From the NCBI GenBank assembly GCA_031549175.1, contig JAVBQH010000017.1:1-51441 (forward strand): 51,441 nt of DNA, given 5' to 3'. This stretch comes from Raoultibacter sp. (GTDB lineage: Bacteria; Actinomycetota; Coriobacteriia; Coriobacteriales; Eggerthellaceae). Positions 29,001 through 36,221 of this stretch are shown one piece after another (the stretch's first letter is position 1; every line of letters begins with the position of its first letter). The position numbers and the translations under genes are program-made. A model generated the notes under the pieces. It did not search any database and was not told the DNA's origin. It was given only the letters and a program-made list of their open reading frames with translations.

Positions 29001-31683
29001 AGGTCGCAACAACGGCACTGGAAGAATCCTTGATGGTGTACGAGAAGTTTTTCAGCGGGTTTCCATCGAAGCCGAAATTGGTGATCGTCAGTTGCCCGGA
29101 GGTCGACTTGTTGGAGAAAACGCCGCTGCCGTCGACCGCAGAACCGGTAGCCTTGACGTCGAACTTGCCCGCCTCGATGGTCACGAGGGTGTCGGAGCCG
29201 GCATACGCCGCAAAACCGACAGGCAGGCCGCCCACGGTTACAGCGCTGTTGACGAGGGATGTTTCTTTAAGGATATAGTCGCCTGCCGGATAGGGCTGGT
29301 CGACAACGTGGATGCCGCCAGTGCTTTGGGTAAGCGTGAAGGGATTGCCGACCGGCGTCACGCCGTCGGTCTTGTAAAGCTGGAAGGTCGCAGAATAGGT
29401 CGCGGGCGAAAGCGTGCCGCCATCAGGGCCGACGAACTTCTTGCCGATGACAAAACTTCCTACGCTGCTTTCGTATTTGAGAGTATAGCTCTTATTCTCG
29501 GTACTGCTCACCGTTATGTTGTCGTTGGTGGGGGTGATGTAGTAGGTCTCGCCGAGGACGACAGCCTTGTAGGTCTTGGTGGTATCGAGGTCGTAGAAGT
29601 TGACCTTGCCGTCTGCTCCGGCAGTACCCGAATCGATCGGAGTGGTGTTGGCGGTGTCGGTTGCCAGGTAAAGGGTAACGAGCCTCCCCGCAAACGGCTC
29701 ATATTGGGCAGAACCGCTCTGGAAGAGCTTCTGCTTCTGTACATCGATGACGATGTTTCCAGACGTGTTTGCGGTGTTCGTTACCTCGTAGGCCTTATTC
29801 GCATAGTCCGTGCCTCCGATTTTGACCGTCGCATTGCCAGCGTTGTCAAGCTCGGATACGACGACCTGTACCGGAGACATGGTGTCAAACCGGTCGCTGA
29901 TATTCTTTTCCTCGGCAAGGGTGTAGGTGGTGCCGGGTGTCAGATTGGTGAACTTCAGTATGCCGCTTCCATCGACCACGGCAGTCAGGGTATTGGTGCC
30001 ATCCTTCAAGGTGAAGGTGACGGGATCAACCGTGCTGCCATAGCGGGTCTGCATGGCTGAATCATAGTTGCCAGTCTGGCCGCCGACAGAGATCTTCTTT
30101 TGGACGTTGAAGTTCACGGCGCCTGGCTCGTCTTGGTTGTAACCAAACGAAATGCCCACAGTTGCAGCATTGTAGTCAGTCGTTGCCGCATTGCCCACGA
30201 CCGGGGTTGAGGTCACGCGGGCCTGATTGGTGACAGGCTGCGGGTTCTGGATGATTCGCTCTTGCTCGTATTTGTTGGTGTATGCGTTCTTGTTGAAGCT
30301 GACCTCAACTGCATAATCCCTGTTAACCAAGGGAATATTGAACCCATCCGTATTTTTGATCAGGTTCTTCGCATCGATGCTGAAGGTTGCCTCGGTACCG
30401 TTCACGGTAAAAGGTACTTCCACGCCGTCGACCTTGATGCTCGTCGGGGCTGCACCAGGCAAGAAGCCCGAGATCTTATCTTCGATCACTAGGCCGTTTT
30501 GGTAAACACGGCCGTGTTGTTGGGCGTTGCCGGTTGTCTGCAACGCCAGTTTGTAGCTGACGGTGTAGGTGGCGGAGGTGTTGGTTTGGACGTCTCCGTA
30601 GGAACGGGACAAAAGGCCCGGGAAGTTCTGGGGCCGATTCACGCCGTCGTTTGCGTTGACGAACGACTTGGCGACCGAGATCGTCTCGTTGGTCTTTGCC
30701 GTAGTCGTATAGCTGGTGGTCGGCTGCGCCTGGGCGCCACCGTTCAGGATGCCAAGGGTGCTGCCGGAGATGATTCCCGTACCCGAAACCGCTTGGAGGG
30801 CATATCCCGTAACGGGGATGGTCGCGCCTTCAGGAGTGGTGCCGTTGTCAAAGCTGTATTCAACGGGAACCGTCGCGGCGAAGCCACTGGGATAACTGGC
30901 ATTCGGAATGGTAAGGACATAGAAGTCGCCCGTAACGGTTCCGCCGCCAAACGAGAAGCTGAAATTATTCAGCTCGCCGAGGTTTACGTTCACGATGTCA
31001 ATGGTGCCGAACTGAACATGGGCATAAGCTGCCGCAGGCTTCGGCACAAGAAGAATGACGCCATCGACTGACGAGGCGCCTACGGTGAAGTATGTTGTCA
31101 GGTTGGTTCCGCTCGGTATCTCGAAGGACTGCGCATTGGTCGAGATTCCAAGCTGCAGGCTCTCGGTTGCCGCGGGGTTTCCGCCCCCCAGCAACTGAAT
31201 AGGCGCGTTGTTTTGCGCCGGCTGCTGCACGGGCTCCGGAGCCTGGACCGCCTTTGCCTGGGTGCTCACAGAGACCACAAGGCCGGAGACAACCGTTGCT
31301 CCATTGATAAGATAGCCGCCTCCGCTTTGCGTCACGCCGACCGGCGCGCCAGAAAGCTGGGCCGTTACCGCAACAACCTCGAAGCCCTCTTGAGGCATGA
31401 CGGAGAAGGCAAGGTCGGTTCCGGCTGTTGCCGCAACCGTGCCCGACGTAGTCAACGTTGCGCCGTTGACCGTCGCGCTCGCATTGCCCAGCTGAAAGCC
31501 TACTGCTGCTTCTTGGTTTGTTGCGGTTGTTTCTGCGCTTGGCTGTGGGGTTCCCCCACCTGCAGCAAACGCAAAAATGTTGGTCATCGACAAGACCAAC
31601 GCAATAGTCAATACGACCGCAAGAATTTTTCTGGTTCTTGTCTCGAAAATAGACGAACCAAACGAGTGTTTGAGCGTACTCAT
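20038..31683 (-). CDS. Giant (about 3,881 aa) multidomain cell-surface adhesin: signal peptide, tandem SpaA/Cna-B-type Ig-like modules, DUF11-type repeats, SdrD-B-like domain, InlB-B (Listeria-Bacteroides) repeat, MBG repeats and a C-terminal TM anchor
   Basis: A single uninterrupted 11.6-kb ORF. The signal peptide reads MSTLKHSF...ILAVVLTIALVLSMTNIFAFAAGG. At least a dozen modules end in the Cna-B/SpaA signature (e.g. GAKFELYK...YYIKETAAPTGYMIN, YFLKEIQAPAGYNAS, YKIVEVTPATGYASA). DUF11-like segments are present (TKSTTTVGKVNPGGTLDYVITLKNES). An SdrD-B-like segment follows (SGIAWDDLNSDNVKDPTEP...DSNGYYEFTNL). The C-terminal hydrophobic helix is followed by HRRR. The start was chosen at ATG 31681-31683, preceded by GGGGTGGTGG. 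Confidence 0.85.
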   Translation of the reverse strand: MSTLKHSFGSSIFETRTRKILAVVLTIALVLSMTNIFAFAAGGGTPQPSAETTATNQEAAVGFQLGNASATVNGATLTTSGTVAATAGTDLAFSVMPQEGFEVVAVTAQLSGAPVGVTQSGGGYLINGATVVSGLVVSVSTQAKAVQAPEPVQQPAQNNAPIQLLGGGNPAATESLQLGISTNAQSFEIPSGTNLTTYFTVGASSVDGVILLVPKPAAAYAHVQFGTIDIVNVNLGELNNFSFSFGGGTVTGDFYVLTIPNASYPSGFAATVPVEYSFDNGTTPEGATIPVTGYALQAVSGTGIISGSTLGILNGGAQAQPTTSYTTTAKTNETISVAKSFVNANDGVNRPQNFPGLLSRSYGDVQTNTSATYTVSYKLALQTTGNAQQHGRVYQNGLVIEDKISGFLPGAAPTSIKVDGVEVPFTVNGTEATFSIDAKNLIKNTDGFNIPLVNRDYAVEVSFNKNAYTNKYEQERIIQNPQPVTNQARVTSTPVVGNAATTDYNAATVGISFGYNQDEPGAVNFNVQKKISVGGQTGNYDSAMQTRYGSTVDPVTFTLKDGTNTLTAVVDGSGILKFTNLTPGTTYTLAEEKNISDRFDTMSPVQVVVSELDNAGNATVKIGGTDYANKAYEVTNTANTSGNIVIDVQKQKLFQSGSAQYEPFAGRLVTLYLATDTANTTPIDSGTAGADGKVNFYDLDTTKTYKAVVLGETYYITPTNDNITVSSTENKSYTLKYESSVGSFVIGKKFVGPDGGTLSPATYSATFQLYKTDGVTPVGNPFTLTQSTGGIHVVDQPYPAGDYILKETSLVNSAVTVGGLPVGFAAYAGSDTLVTIEAGKFDVKATGSAVDGSGVFSNKSTSGQLTITNFGFDGNPLKNFSYTIKDSSSAVVATYTMSNESSKTFILPAGQYTVEQTTPANYIKLQSDAVVTVAAGTPSDNRYQVTGTGTSQTRALDANGSVQTAAFLNALLPSWQIKKVATDDNNLLVNGAVFALYKHDGSGYVDTGVRTTTTGGYAKFINLQEGSYKIVEVTPATGYASASAEATFTIDYSDYAAGTAKAITASGSIKNTRLAVAKIRMTDAAGGGIYPAGSTFTLYNEAGVPQGTATPTNAAGGYLTFTNGGNTVYMPQGKYYVMQTGMGSDNALNYVQRTEDKIGFEVKADGTIITSNDGEKYAGTDSVLAAGNNTEINITWSNLLKPSITVTKLGETNVTDKNGDPKKVPLSGVTFKIFNGNDYVTFDSNYNMTGVVPGEASGGVFNTDPNGQFKLFLIDPTKGELNINGEGDPSYEYKIKETNRPKVPGSDQTYSKLDNQQLAINVVKDGSGKYTGYTAKAGWNDESTLVNFVDPHWFNITKYGLMFKAGATDPSNADITSIHEAGANGEFEIYLYVGSGDWKTDMAANSWKKVDTVTTGSTDPSNAGGSAFTRKLTEGKYMILETRAPISGVASTPKTAWVYDGDDPKADFGGWQEQALLPDNELRFFYEIKQNSPRVIDLGLGNTGATGGGPDSTQWARLYCEKTGYTVDENGNFIPEGKLNGVLFEIYYAAKDGNGAIVKLGDPIQEVSSGSVTKIVNGVAVPDAGRFLTMYGTVGEMKAAAETKLALTGGAWDANGYKVGENYLCTEVGYIVKEVGDLPEQYAKQIGTEKYVQIPFNIPPGELSTFPNVKDAENNYIPLELPNYAGEGTLIVNKFDVDATTTSLPGAKFEVYKGVLQNPSDPNSWVAGTDKVKDAVGNDLIIAAPFSNTTFPAGVYFLKEIQAPAGYNASGTYSINGAAGVAYGTDDKIGPVKIGGNKSTTVNVLDKKYAKVTLQSLWNGLTSGTLSSKYTIEGPGYATPTVISAGSLVMDLADGTYTIKETDVVGDVSGEFSLNAKASNPGIKLVVKDGKIDTAATKLVDGSSIGANDAISVSATSLSVNHIYKGALVIKMGYVNAAGSAVNSFTPSATFKIEELDGAGNVVSGSEQYMTWSSGEAKKLLNAGNYKVTQTGVGSTDYSIDSASVYIQVGASGVVYLQNNNLVNENGGFYGTGSSYATPLTANGSAFFYNKVNLGEVKLYKMASKTATTYLAGAQYDVYTKSGQTYTKVTPAPVITDVSGVSTLNIAPGTYYIKENTAPAGYSLNTEYLEINVTANKSANFKGYENTANRNAIGILNAKLADLKVVKKTTYPAIKDTHGQTIVPADVKTVAQLPVTLWKQDGASWVKVENAVTSFDPHGYYTFKNLEVGTYRVTEELPSDDTLDYLRLNDKFATSGSGAASQPGANTFDIVVSNSPSSDTLQVSSSNTTEFKPSTSTENALVTINNEFIGALFAAKKVDYDTGLPLAGAKFELYKNYDSGTGQVSDKVASEVVSGTDGWAYFTPQYISGTDNGIYYIKETAAPTGYMINAYYDSDIKQVVATTQGAATSQWAEFKNKTSTDTSTIGISKGYQPLASDVKPLRTEGLTVNYGLTLTAATNTLPLTNYTVVDNSFGFKGTDGNAITGTNQPTYKVQSVTIAPTTAKLTAEGTQQAIYASVNGVWKKLSATDDTKFDMSPGGSQGITIIYSNTIPASGETPTVGTNFTPGQVTVEVEYDSFKPADPYATDPAGTLQCEVQKLTNKASVSATGLSTKESSTEVTLPVDKRAPMSITKSTTTVGKVNPGGTLDYVITLKNESADTSIPNPVIVDYMQKDTLKIVPNSYVISGAAANSDATYSTYNGGQVAEWAFSNFVLGPGQSITVKFKAQLAMVITTGDDVTNIAYGTSAAERSYTKAYPYGSAFIAYPGVATINPGYAACAAEYAEISGLTGIDGLYVKSALKTTSVGRSGLVGVQKSISNNGTDWVSSEDEASAATFKPGGTMYYRLQLKNDTPEGSPTTAANITFKDMLPATGDTRVGGSTPRGTTWTQELLNALGSPTNLVVTKNGTPLNAGADYTATVNSGSVEIQFASTIKLEPSDLIEATFRVALPSQTTFDASMTAGDDGLYKNVATSSAAALLAKNSFVPEFTWSGVHLTNIESNIVSAKIVADPVKISGIAWDDLNSDNVKDPTEPLKQHVPVLLYISHDGGATWTHETGTHVITDSNGYYEFTNLESGYGYNGKLMYKVGFINTAPYTAEFSDSARQAAAIWHAIHVLNLSMAASEGQTSGAVLYGNASGGIYDCGITAKALTVTYVANDSTTNPATGMPDPLVKNERSGNTHTVAGNPSRSGYTFAGWKVTGVSEVVDTVEQNPLMGQTYMGGESFGMVKHNIVLTAQWTVNNGNISATGYSGVYDAASHAVSVTGSDLLSSDTVKYIVDGVEVSNSFKDVTNKTVTVEVWRDGVKIWTNDVSVVITPAPLTIATNTASKAYDGAPLLGSAAGGSVTGLVGGETVGFTLTGSQTVVGSSSNTFNTNNELVWADGINTYTAKSTNYYVSSTTIGTLTVTQSTGAAVITVTGGTSTYNGLPHGATVTVSLPAGYSYDPAPSSSASATDVSESGIEADCDDITIRDMNGTIVYQKVNGVETVASALSGLTVARGDNAKIIITPAPLTINTQGAEKLFDALPLTAPGTLSGLVTVGGVTETASFGATGSQTAVGSSLNTYSLVWDGTAKSGNYSIASETRGTLTVNPYDKSNGEITITTRGGNWVYDGQNHGAIVTINVPAALAGKYSFEQYASSANATNATIGVNGQIAPVAATCDQLVIMANGVDVTQDLIDAGYINFIDDTISISRRPVAVVTDSATKTFDGTPLTADGRITGLVPGETVNFGVTGSQTGVGTSQNTYSLRWTGTAQPGNYLLTETVGTLTVNPAPVIPVIPGPLGFVTVVTDTLQGAVSTVLPPTTTIDDQGTPLAAAQWCWVHWYIILGIIVTAAYSVVVIIHRRRFTNLLKDMEDDITNPKDPAPQGGAQGAPAGQGTGA
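20368..22239 (-). repeat. C-terminal repeat module of the adhesin: one InlB-B/Flg_new repeat (about 21964-22239) and three MBG-type repeats (about 21460-21744, 20908-21171, 20368-20610)
   Basis: The InlB-B repeat reads TVTYVANDSTT...GYTFAGWKV...VLTAQWTV. The MBG-like units each read (I)TPAPLT(I)...K.(Y/F)DG.PL...TGLV.GETV.F..TGSQT.VG(S/T)S.NT(Y/F)...GNY......GTLTV. Coordinates were back-calculated from the stop codon and spot-checked against the DNA at 21744 and 22239. Confidence 0.6.
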
Positions 31684-31755
31684 AACCACCACCCCTGAAC
31701 TTTCCACCAATAGTTCTGATTATTGGGTCAGACAAACGCCTGACCATGTATGCAC

Positions 31756-31805
31756 GCTATTACGTATTCAATTTTGCTATGTATAACTACCCCTAGCTAT
31801 GGTAG
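31756..31805 (-). promoter_or_regulatory. Three GCTAT-initiated direct repeats at exact 20-nt spacing upstream of the adhesin gene; the first is the 10-mer GCTATTACGT
   Basis: GCTATTACGT lies at 31756, GCTATGTATA at 31776 and GCTATGGTAG at 31796. The array is 73-122 nt upstream of the start codon at 31683. The same 10-mer and the same phasing occur at 40027-40076. Confidence 0.35.
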
Positions 31806-32188
31806 GTCTTCCGACCCTGGGCGGAGTATAGCACCCCATCTGCGGGTGATTGTGAAGGTGAGGCAGCTGGGGCTAGTCCCCCCTATCCTGTTTCTGCAGT
31901 TGGCTTTTAATGGGTACCGAAAAAGTAACGTTTTGAAAAACTCTCCCATTTTTTCGAAATTTCATTATTTCTACATATTTCGGGATGACTTGTCTTCTTT
32001 TCACCCTGAAACGTAGGAATCTCCCCTCACACCAGCCTTTATACAGGCAGTTTTAGTGTGCTGCTGCATATATATGTTCAAGGGCTGTCGAGGGTCAACC
32101 ATATGCCAACATTTCCATTGCAGCTTGGAATATGGGTGCATACTGTATGTGTCTATGTGGCTAAAAGCAGGGTAAAAGGAGGTTTGAT

Positions 32189-33730
32189 ATGAAAGACAAC
32201 ACAGATAAGAGGCTGACCAGCGAAAATGGTGCTCCTGTTGCAAATGCAACGGACTCATTAACCGCAGGTGAACGCGGCCTTATTGCGCTGCAAGACTTGT
32301 GGCTCATTGAAAAGCTGGCGCATTTCGACCGCGAGGTCATCCCCGAGCGGCGCATGCACGCCAAGGGTAGCGGCGCCCACGGCACCTTCACCACTACGCA
32401 CGACATCACGCAGTACACACGCGCCAGCCTGTTCTCTGAAGTGGGGAAAGAGACGGAGGTCTTCGTGCGCTTCTCGACCGTCGCAGGCGAGCGCGGCGCC
32501 GCCGACGCCGAACGCGACATCCGCGGCTTCGCCTTGAAGTTCTACACCGACGAGGGCAACTGGGATCTGGTCGGCAACAACACGCCGGTCTTTTTCCTGC
32601 GCGATGGCCTGCAGTTTCCCGACCTCAACCGCGCCGTCAAGCGCGACCCGAAGACCAACATGCGCTCGGCGCTCAACAACTGGGATTTTTGGACGATGCT
32701 GCCTGAGGCGCTGCACCAGGTGACCATTGTCATGTCCGATCGCGGCATACCAATAGGCTACCGTCATATGCATGGGTTCGGCAGCCACACCTTCTCGCTG
32801 ATCAACGGGGCGAATGAGCGCGTTTGGTGCAAGTTCCACCTGCGCACGCAACAAGGCATCAAGAACCTGACCGACCAGGAGGCCGAGATGCTCGTCGGCA
32901 AGGACCGAGAGAGCAGCCAGCACGACCTCTTCTATGCGATCGAGAACGGCGATTTTCCGAAATGGACCTTCTACATCCAGGTCATGACCGAAGAGCAGGC
33001 GCGCAACCACCGCGACAACCCCTTCGACATCACCAAGGTGTGGTCGAAGAAGGAATATCCGCTGATCGAGGTCGGCGAGCTTGAGCTCAACCGCAACCCC
33101 GAGAACTACTTCGCCGATGTCGAGCAGGCAGCCTTCAATCCTGCCCATATCGTGCCGGGCGTCGGCGTCTCCCCCGACAAATTGCTGCAGGCACGCCTGT
33201 TCAGCTACGGCGACGCACACCGGTACCGCTTGGGCGTGAACAACGACCAGATCCCGGTCAACCGGCCGAAGGTGCCGGTGCATGACTATCACCGCGACGG
33301 CCAGATGCGTGTCGACAGCAACCATGGCGCCAAGCTGGGCTACATCCCGAACAGCTTTGGCGAATGGGCCGAGCAGCCCCAGTACGCCGAGCCGCCGCTC
33401 GAGCTTGATGGCTGGCTGAACCGTTTTAGCGCCTATGGGCCAAACGATGATTGCTTCTATCAACCAGGCAATCTGTACCGCCTTATGACAGAGGACAAGC
33501 GGGCCTTGTTGATCGAGAATACCGCGCGCAACATCGCTCCTGTGACCGACAACATCAAGTACCGCCACGCGGCGCACTGTTATCTTGCAGACGAGGAATA
33601 CGGCAGGCGCATTGCCGAGGCGCTCGGCCTTGGCCTGGAAAAGGTGGAGGAGCTCGCAGCGATGAGCATCTTCGAAAGGCGCGACGCGACGAGTGCTGCT
33701 GCCTGGGGAATCACCACCCGCATGCCCTAG
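32189..33730 (+). CDS. katA: Monofunctional heme catalase (small-subunit type)
   Basis: [42 protein letters not shown] and the proximal-Tyr region R.FSY.D.HRYRLG are all present. The RBS AAAGGAGG lies 6 nt before the ATG. Confidence 0.92.
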   Translation: MKDNTDKRLTSENGAPVANATDSLTAGERGLIALQDLWLIEKLAHFDREVIPERRMHAKGSGAHGTFTTTHDITQYTRASLFSEVGKETEVFVRFSTVAGERGAADAERDIRGFALKFYTDEGNWDLVGNNTPVFFLRDGLQFPDLNRAVKRDPKTNMRSALNNWDFWTMLPEALHQVTIVMSDRGIPIGYRHMHGFGSHTFSLINGANERVWCKFHLRTQQGIKNLTDQEAEMLVGKDRESSQHDLFYAIENGDFPKWTFYIQVMTEEQARNHRDNPFDITKVWSKKEYPLIEVGELELNRNPENYFADVEQAAFNPAHIVPGVGVSPDKLLQARLFSYGDAHRYRLGVNNDQIPVNRPKVPVHDYHRDGQMRVDSNHGAKLGYIPNSFGEWAEQPQYAEPPLELDGWLNRFSAYGPNDDCFYQPGNLYRLMTEDKRALLIENTARNIAPVTDNIKYRHAAHCYLADEEYGRRIAEALGLGLEKVEELAAMSIFERRDATSAAAWGITTRMP

Positions 33731-33734
33731 AAAA

Positions 33735-33771
33735 AAGTGGGACAAAAGGGTTTGCCCCTTTTGTCCCACTT
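33735..33771. repeat. Palindromic repeat, subfamily C (AGTGGGACAAAAGGG-tttg-CCCCTTTTGTCCCACT)
   Basis: It starts 5 nt after the catalase stop codon, between the convergent catalase and hcp genes. Confidence 0.85.
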
Positions 33772-33837
33772 CTGTTTGGACTCTCGTAGTTTTGCGCGGT
33801 TTCGTGCTATTTGCAACGCTTTCTGTACTCAGTTGGC

Positions 33838-35388
33838 TTAGGCGAGTATCTTCTGCAGATCTTCTTCGGGCGTGCTTACCGGCGATATTTGGAAGTTCTC
33901 AACCAAGAAGTTCAAGATGTTGGGCGACACGAAGGCCGGAAGCGTGGGGCCGAGATAGATGTTTTTGATGCCCAGATGGAGCAGTGTCAACAGGATGCAG
34001 ACCGCCTTTTGCTCATACCAGGAAAGCACCAGGGTCAGCGGCAGGTCGTTCACGCCGCATTCGAACACTTCGGAGAGGGCCACCGCCACCTTGATCGCAC
34101 TGTAGGCGTCGTTGCACTGCCCCATGTCCATGATGCGCGGCAAACCGCCGAGCGTTCCCAGATCCAGGTCGTTGAAGCGGAACTTGCCGCAGGCAAGCGT
34201 GAGGACCACGGTGTCCTGGGGTGTCTGCTCGACGAACTCGGTATAGTAGTTGCGTCCGGGACGGGCGCCGTCGCAGCCGCCGACCAGGAAGATATGCTTG
34301 AGGTCGCCGCCCTTGACTGCCCCCACGACGGTTTCCGCAACGGAGAGCACGGTGTTGTGCCCGAAGCCGGTCAGCATCTGCGTGCCGCCGTTGATGCCGG
34401 TGCGCTCCTGGGGCTCCGAGTATCCGCCCAGTTCGATCGCTTTCTCGATCACGGGGGTGAAGTCACGGTCTTCGCCGATATGCACCATTCCGTCATATGC
34501 GACCACCTCGGTGGTGAACACGCGGTCGGCATAGCTTTCGCGCGGCGTCATCAGGCAGTTCGTAGTGAAGAGCACAGGAGCCGGCAGGTTGTCGAACTCT
34601 TTCTGCTGATTTTGCCATGCGGTTCCGAAATTGCCTTTCAACTGTGGGTATTTCTTCAGCTCGGGGTATGCGTGGGCAGGCAGCATCTCGCCATGCGTGT
34701 AGATGTTCACGCCTTTGCCCTCGGTCTGCTCGAGAAGCAGCTTAAGGTCATAGAGGTCGTGGCCGGAAATCACAATAAAGGGGCCGGGCTCTATATTCAG
34801 TGGCACGCTTGTGGGCGTGGGATGGCCGAAGGTTTCGGTGTTGGCGCGGTCGAGAAGCTCCATACAGGCAAGGTTTACCTCGCCCACTTTGAGCACATGG
34901 GGAAGCAGCTCGTCAACGCTCAGGTCCTGGTCAAGCAGGGCCATTCCTTCGAAGATGTAGCTGTTGACCGTCTCATCATGATAGCCAAGGACGCGGGCGT
35001 GGTAGGCATACGCCGCCACACCGCGGAGCCCCAGCAGGATAAGCGATTTCAGCGAACGTGTGTCTTCGTTTTCGGTCCAAAGGCTCTGCAGGTCATACGA
35101 TGCCTCTCTCCCACCGTTTTCTGCAATGAGCTTCTGCGTCGTGCGAATGTGGTCTTGGATCGACGATTCGCTGAAATCGACGTTTGTCACGGTTGCAAAC
35201 AGGCCACGCAGCATCTCTTCTGCCGCATCTTCAGGGATGCTTTTGCCGTTGAAGACATGCGCCAGCGCGATCAGCTCGCTGGTCAGGTCGTCTTGCAGGT
35301 CGGCGACTTCTGCCGTTTTCCCACAAACGCCCTTTGCCCCATCGCAGACCACACTGCCTTTTGTCTGCTCACATTGATAACAAAACAT
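33838..35388 (-). CDS. hcp: Hybrid-cluster protein / hydroxylamine reductase
   Basis: The N-terminal cubane-cluster motif MFCYQCEQT....C....GVCGK is present, and the length and overall composition are typical of Hcp. The start was chosen at ATG 35386-35388, preceded by AAGGAG. Confidence 0.9.
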   Translation of the reverse strand: MFCYQCEQTKGSVVCDGAKGVCGKTAEVADLQDDLTSELIALAHVFNGKSIPEDAAEEMLRGLFATVTNVDFSESSIQDHIRTTQKLIAENGGREASYDLQSLWTENEDTRSLKSLILLGLRGVAAYAYHARVLGYHDETVNSYIFEGMALLDQDLSVDELLPHVLKVGEVNLACMELLDRANTETFGHPTPTSVPLNIEPGPFIVISGHDLYDLKLLLEQTEGKGVNIYTHGEMLPAHAYPELKKYPQLKGNFGTAWQNQQKEFDNLPAPVLFTTNCLMTPRESYADRVFTTEVVAYDGMVHIGEDRDFTPVIEKAIELGGYSEPQERTGINGGTQMLTGFGHNTVLSVAETVVGAVKGGDLKHIFLVGGCDGARPGRNYYTEFVEQTPQDTVVLTLACGKFRFNDLDLGTLGGLPRIMDMGQCNDAYSAIKVAVALSEVFECGVNDLPLTLVLSWYEQKAVCILLTLLHLGIKNIYLGPTLPAFVSPNILNFLVENFQISPVSTPEEDLQKILA

Positions 35389-35436
35389 AAGAATTGCTCC
35401 TTTCGAAAACCCTCTGGTCGAGGTCATTTCTCTTTC

Positions 35437-35465
35437 CCGAGAAAAGGGGTTGTCCCTTTTCAGCG
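35437..35465. repeat. Degenerate subfamily A palindromic repeat in the hcp 5' region (CCGAGAAAAGGGGTTGTCCCTTTTCAGCG)
   Basis: The left arm is intact and the right arm is decayed. It lies 49 nt upstream of the hcp start codon. Confidence 0.5.
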
Positions 35466-35484
35466 TGCAAAGGAGGTAGACTCT

Positions 35485-35514
35485 TTGCACGCCTCCTTTT
35501 TGGTATGGTATAGT
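35485..35514 (+). promoter_or_regulatory. Candidate promoter of the Crp/Fnr-family gene (TTGCAC-18-TGgTATAGT, extended -10)
   Basis: TTGCAC lies at 35485-35490, TG at 35506-35507 and TATAGT at 35509-35514. Confidence 0.4.
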
Positions 35515-35528
35515 GATTTTTTTCACAA
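35511..35528. promoter_or_regulatory. CRP/FNR-type dyad TAGTGA-N6-TCACAA in the hcp / regulator divergent region
   Basis: It matches the TTGTGA-N6-TCACAA class of CRP/FNR/HcpR boxes with one mismatch. It overlaps the predicted -10/TSS of the regulator gene and lies about 130 nt upstream of the hcp start. Confidence 0.5.
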
Positions 35529-35561
35529 GTCTGTTGCATATACAACGAAATAGGGAATTCG

Positions 35562-36221
35562 ATGATCGAGGTTACGAAAATAATCAAAGCGTCGCCGCTT
35601 TTCGAAGGGCTCACCGAGGGTGAGATCGAAAACGTGCTCAATTGCCTGGGAGCTTTTGAGCGTTGGTATATAAAGGATCAGTTCGTCTTCAGGCGCGGGG
35701 ATGAGGTCTCTTCGCTGGGTCTTGTGCTGCAGGGCGGCGTGCATATCGTCGAAGAGGACTATTGGGGCAACCGCACTATCCTGAGCAGCATTTCACCTGG
35801 CGATTTGTTTGCTGAAAGCTATGCCTGCCTGCATGGGCAGGCGCTGCGGGTCAGCGTTCTTTCGGTCGGAAAAACGCGCGCGCTCTTTCTTGACGTGGGA
35901 AAGGTGCTGGAAACCTGTTCCTCATCGTGCGGGTTTCACACGCGCCTCATAAAAAACCTCATGATGGTGCTTGCGCGCAAGAACCTCCTCATCACCGAGA
36001 AGAGCGGCTTCCTTTCAAAGCGCTCGACCAAGGAGAAGCTTTTGGCCTATCTTTCGGCCGAAGCCCAACGACAAGGGTCGACACAGTTCGACATCGCCTT
36101 CAACCGCCAGGAGCTTGCCGATTATCTGGCGGTCGACCGCAGCGCCCTATCGCGCGAACTTGCCAAACTGCAAGAAGAGGGCGTTCTCGAATTCCGAAAG
36201 AACCACTTCGCCCTTGCCTGA
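35562..36221 (+). CDS. Crp/Fnr-family transcriptional regulator (HcpR-like by genomic context)
   Basis: An N-terminal cNMP-binding-like beta-barrel (LFEGLTEGEIENVL...FRRGDEV..LGLVLQGGV) is followed by a C-terminal HTH (RQELADYLAVDRSALSRELAKLQEEGVL). The gene is divergent from hcp. Confidence 0.8.
   Translation: MIEVTKIIKASPLFEGLTEGEIENVLNCLGAFERWYIKDQFVFRRGDEVSSLGLVLQGGVHIVEEDYWGNRTILSSISPGDLFAESYACLHGQALRVSVLSVGKTRALFLDVGKVLETCSSSCGFHTRLIKNLMMVLARKNLLITEKSGFLSKRSTKEKLLAYLSAEAQRQGSTQFDIAFNRQELADYLAVDRSALSRELAKLQEEGVLEFRKNHFALA

Noticed and set aside
31684-31920. c-di-GMP (GEMM-I/II) riboswitch in the long leader of the giant adhesin gene.
   Set aside because: I read the minus-strand leader and could not find the conserved GEMM cores or a convincing P1/P2 architecture. 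Without a covariance-model search (cmsearch with the Rfam GEMM models) the call cannot be supported.
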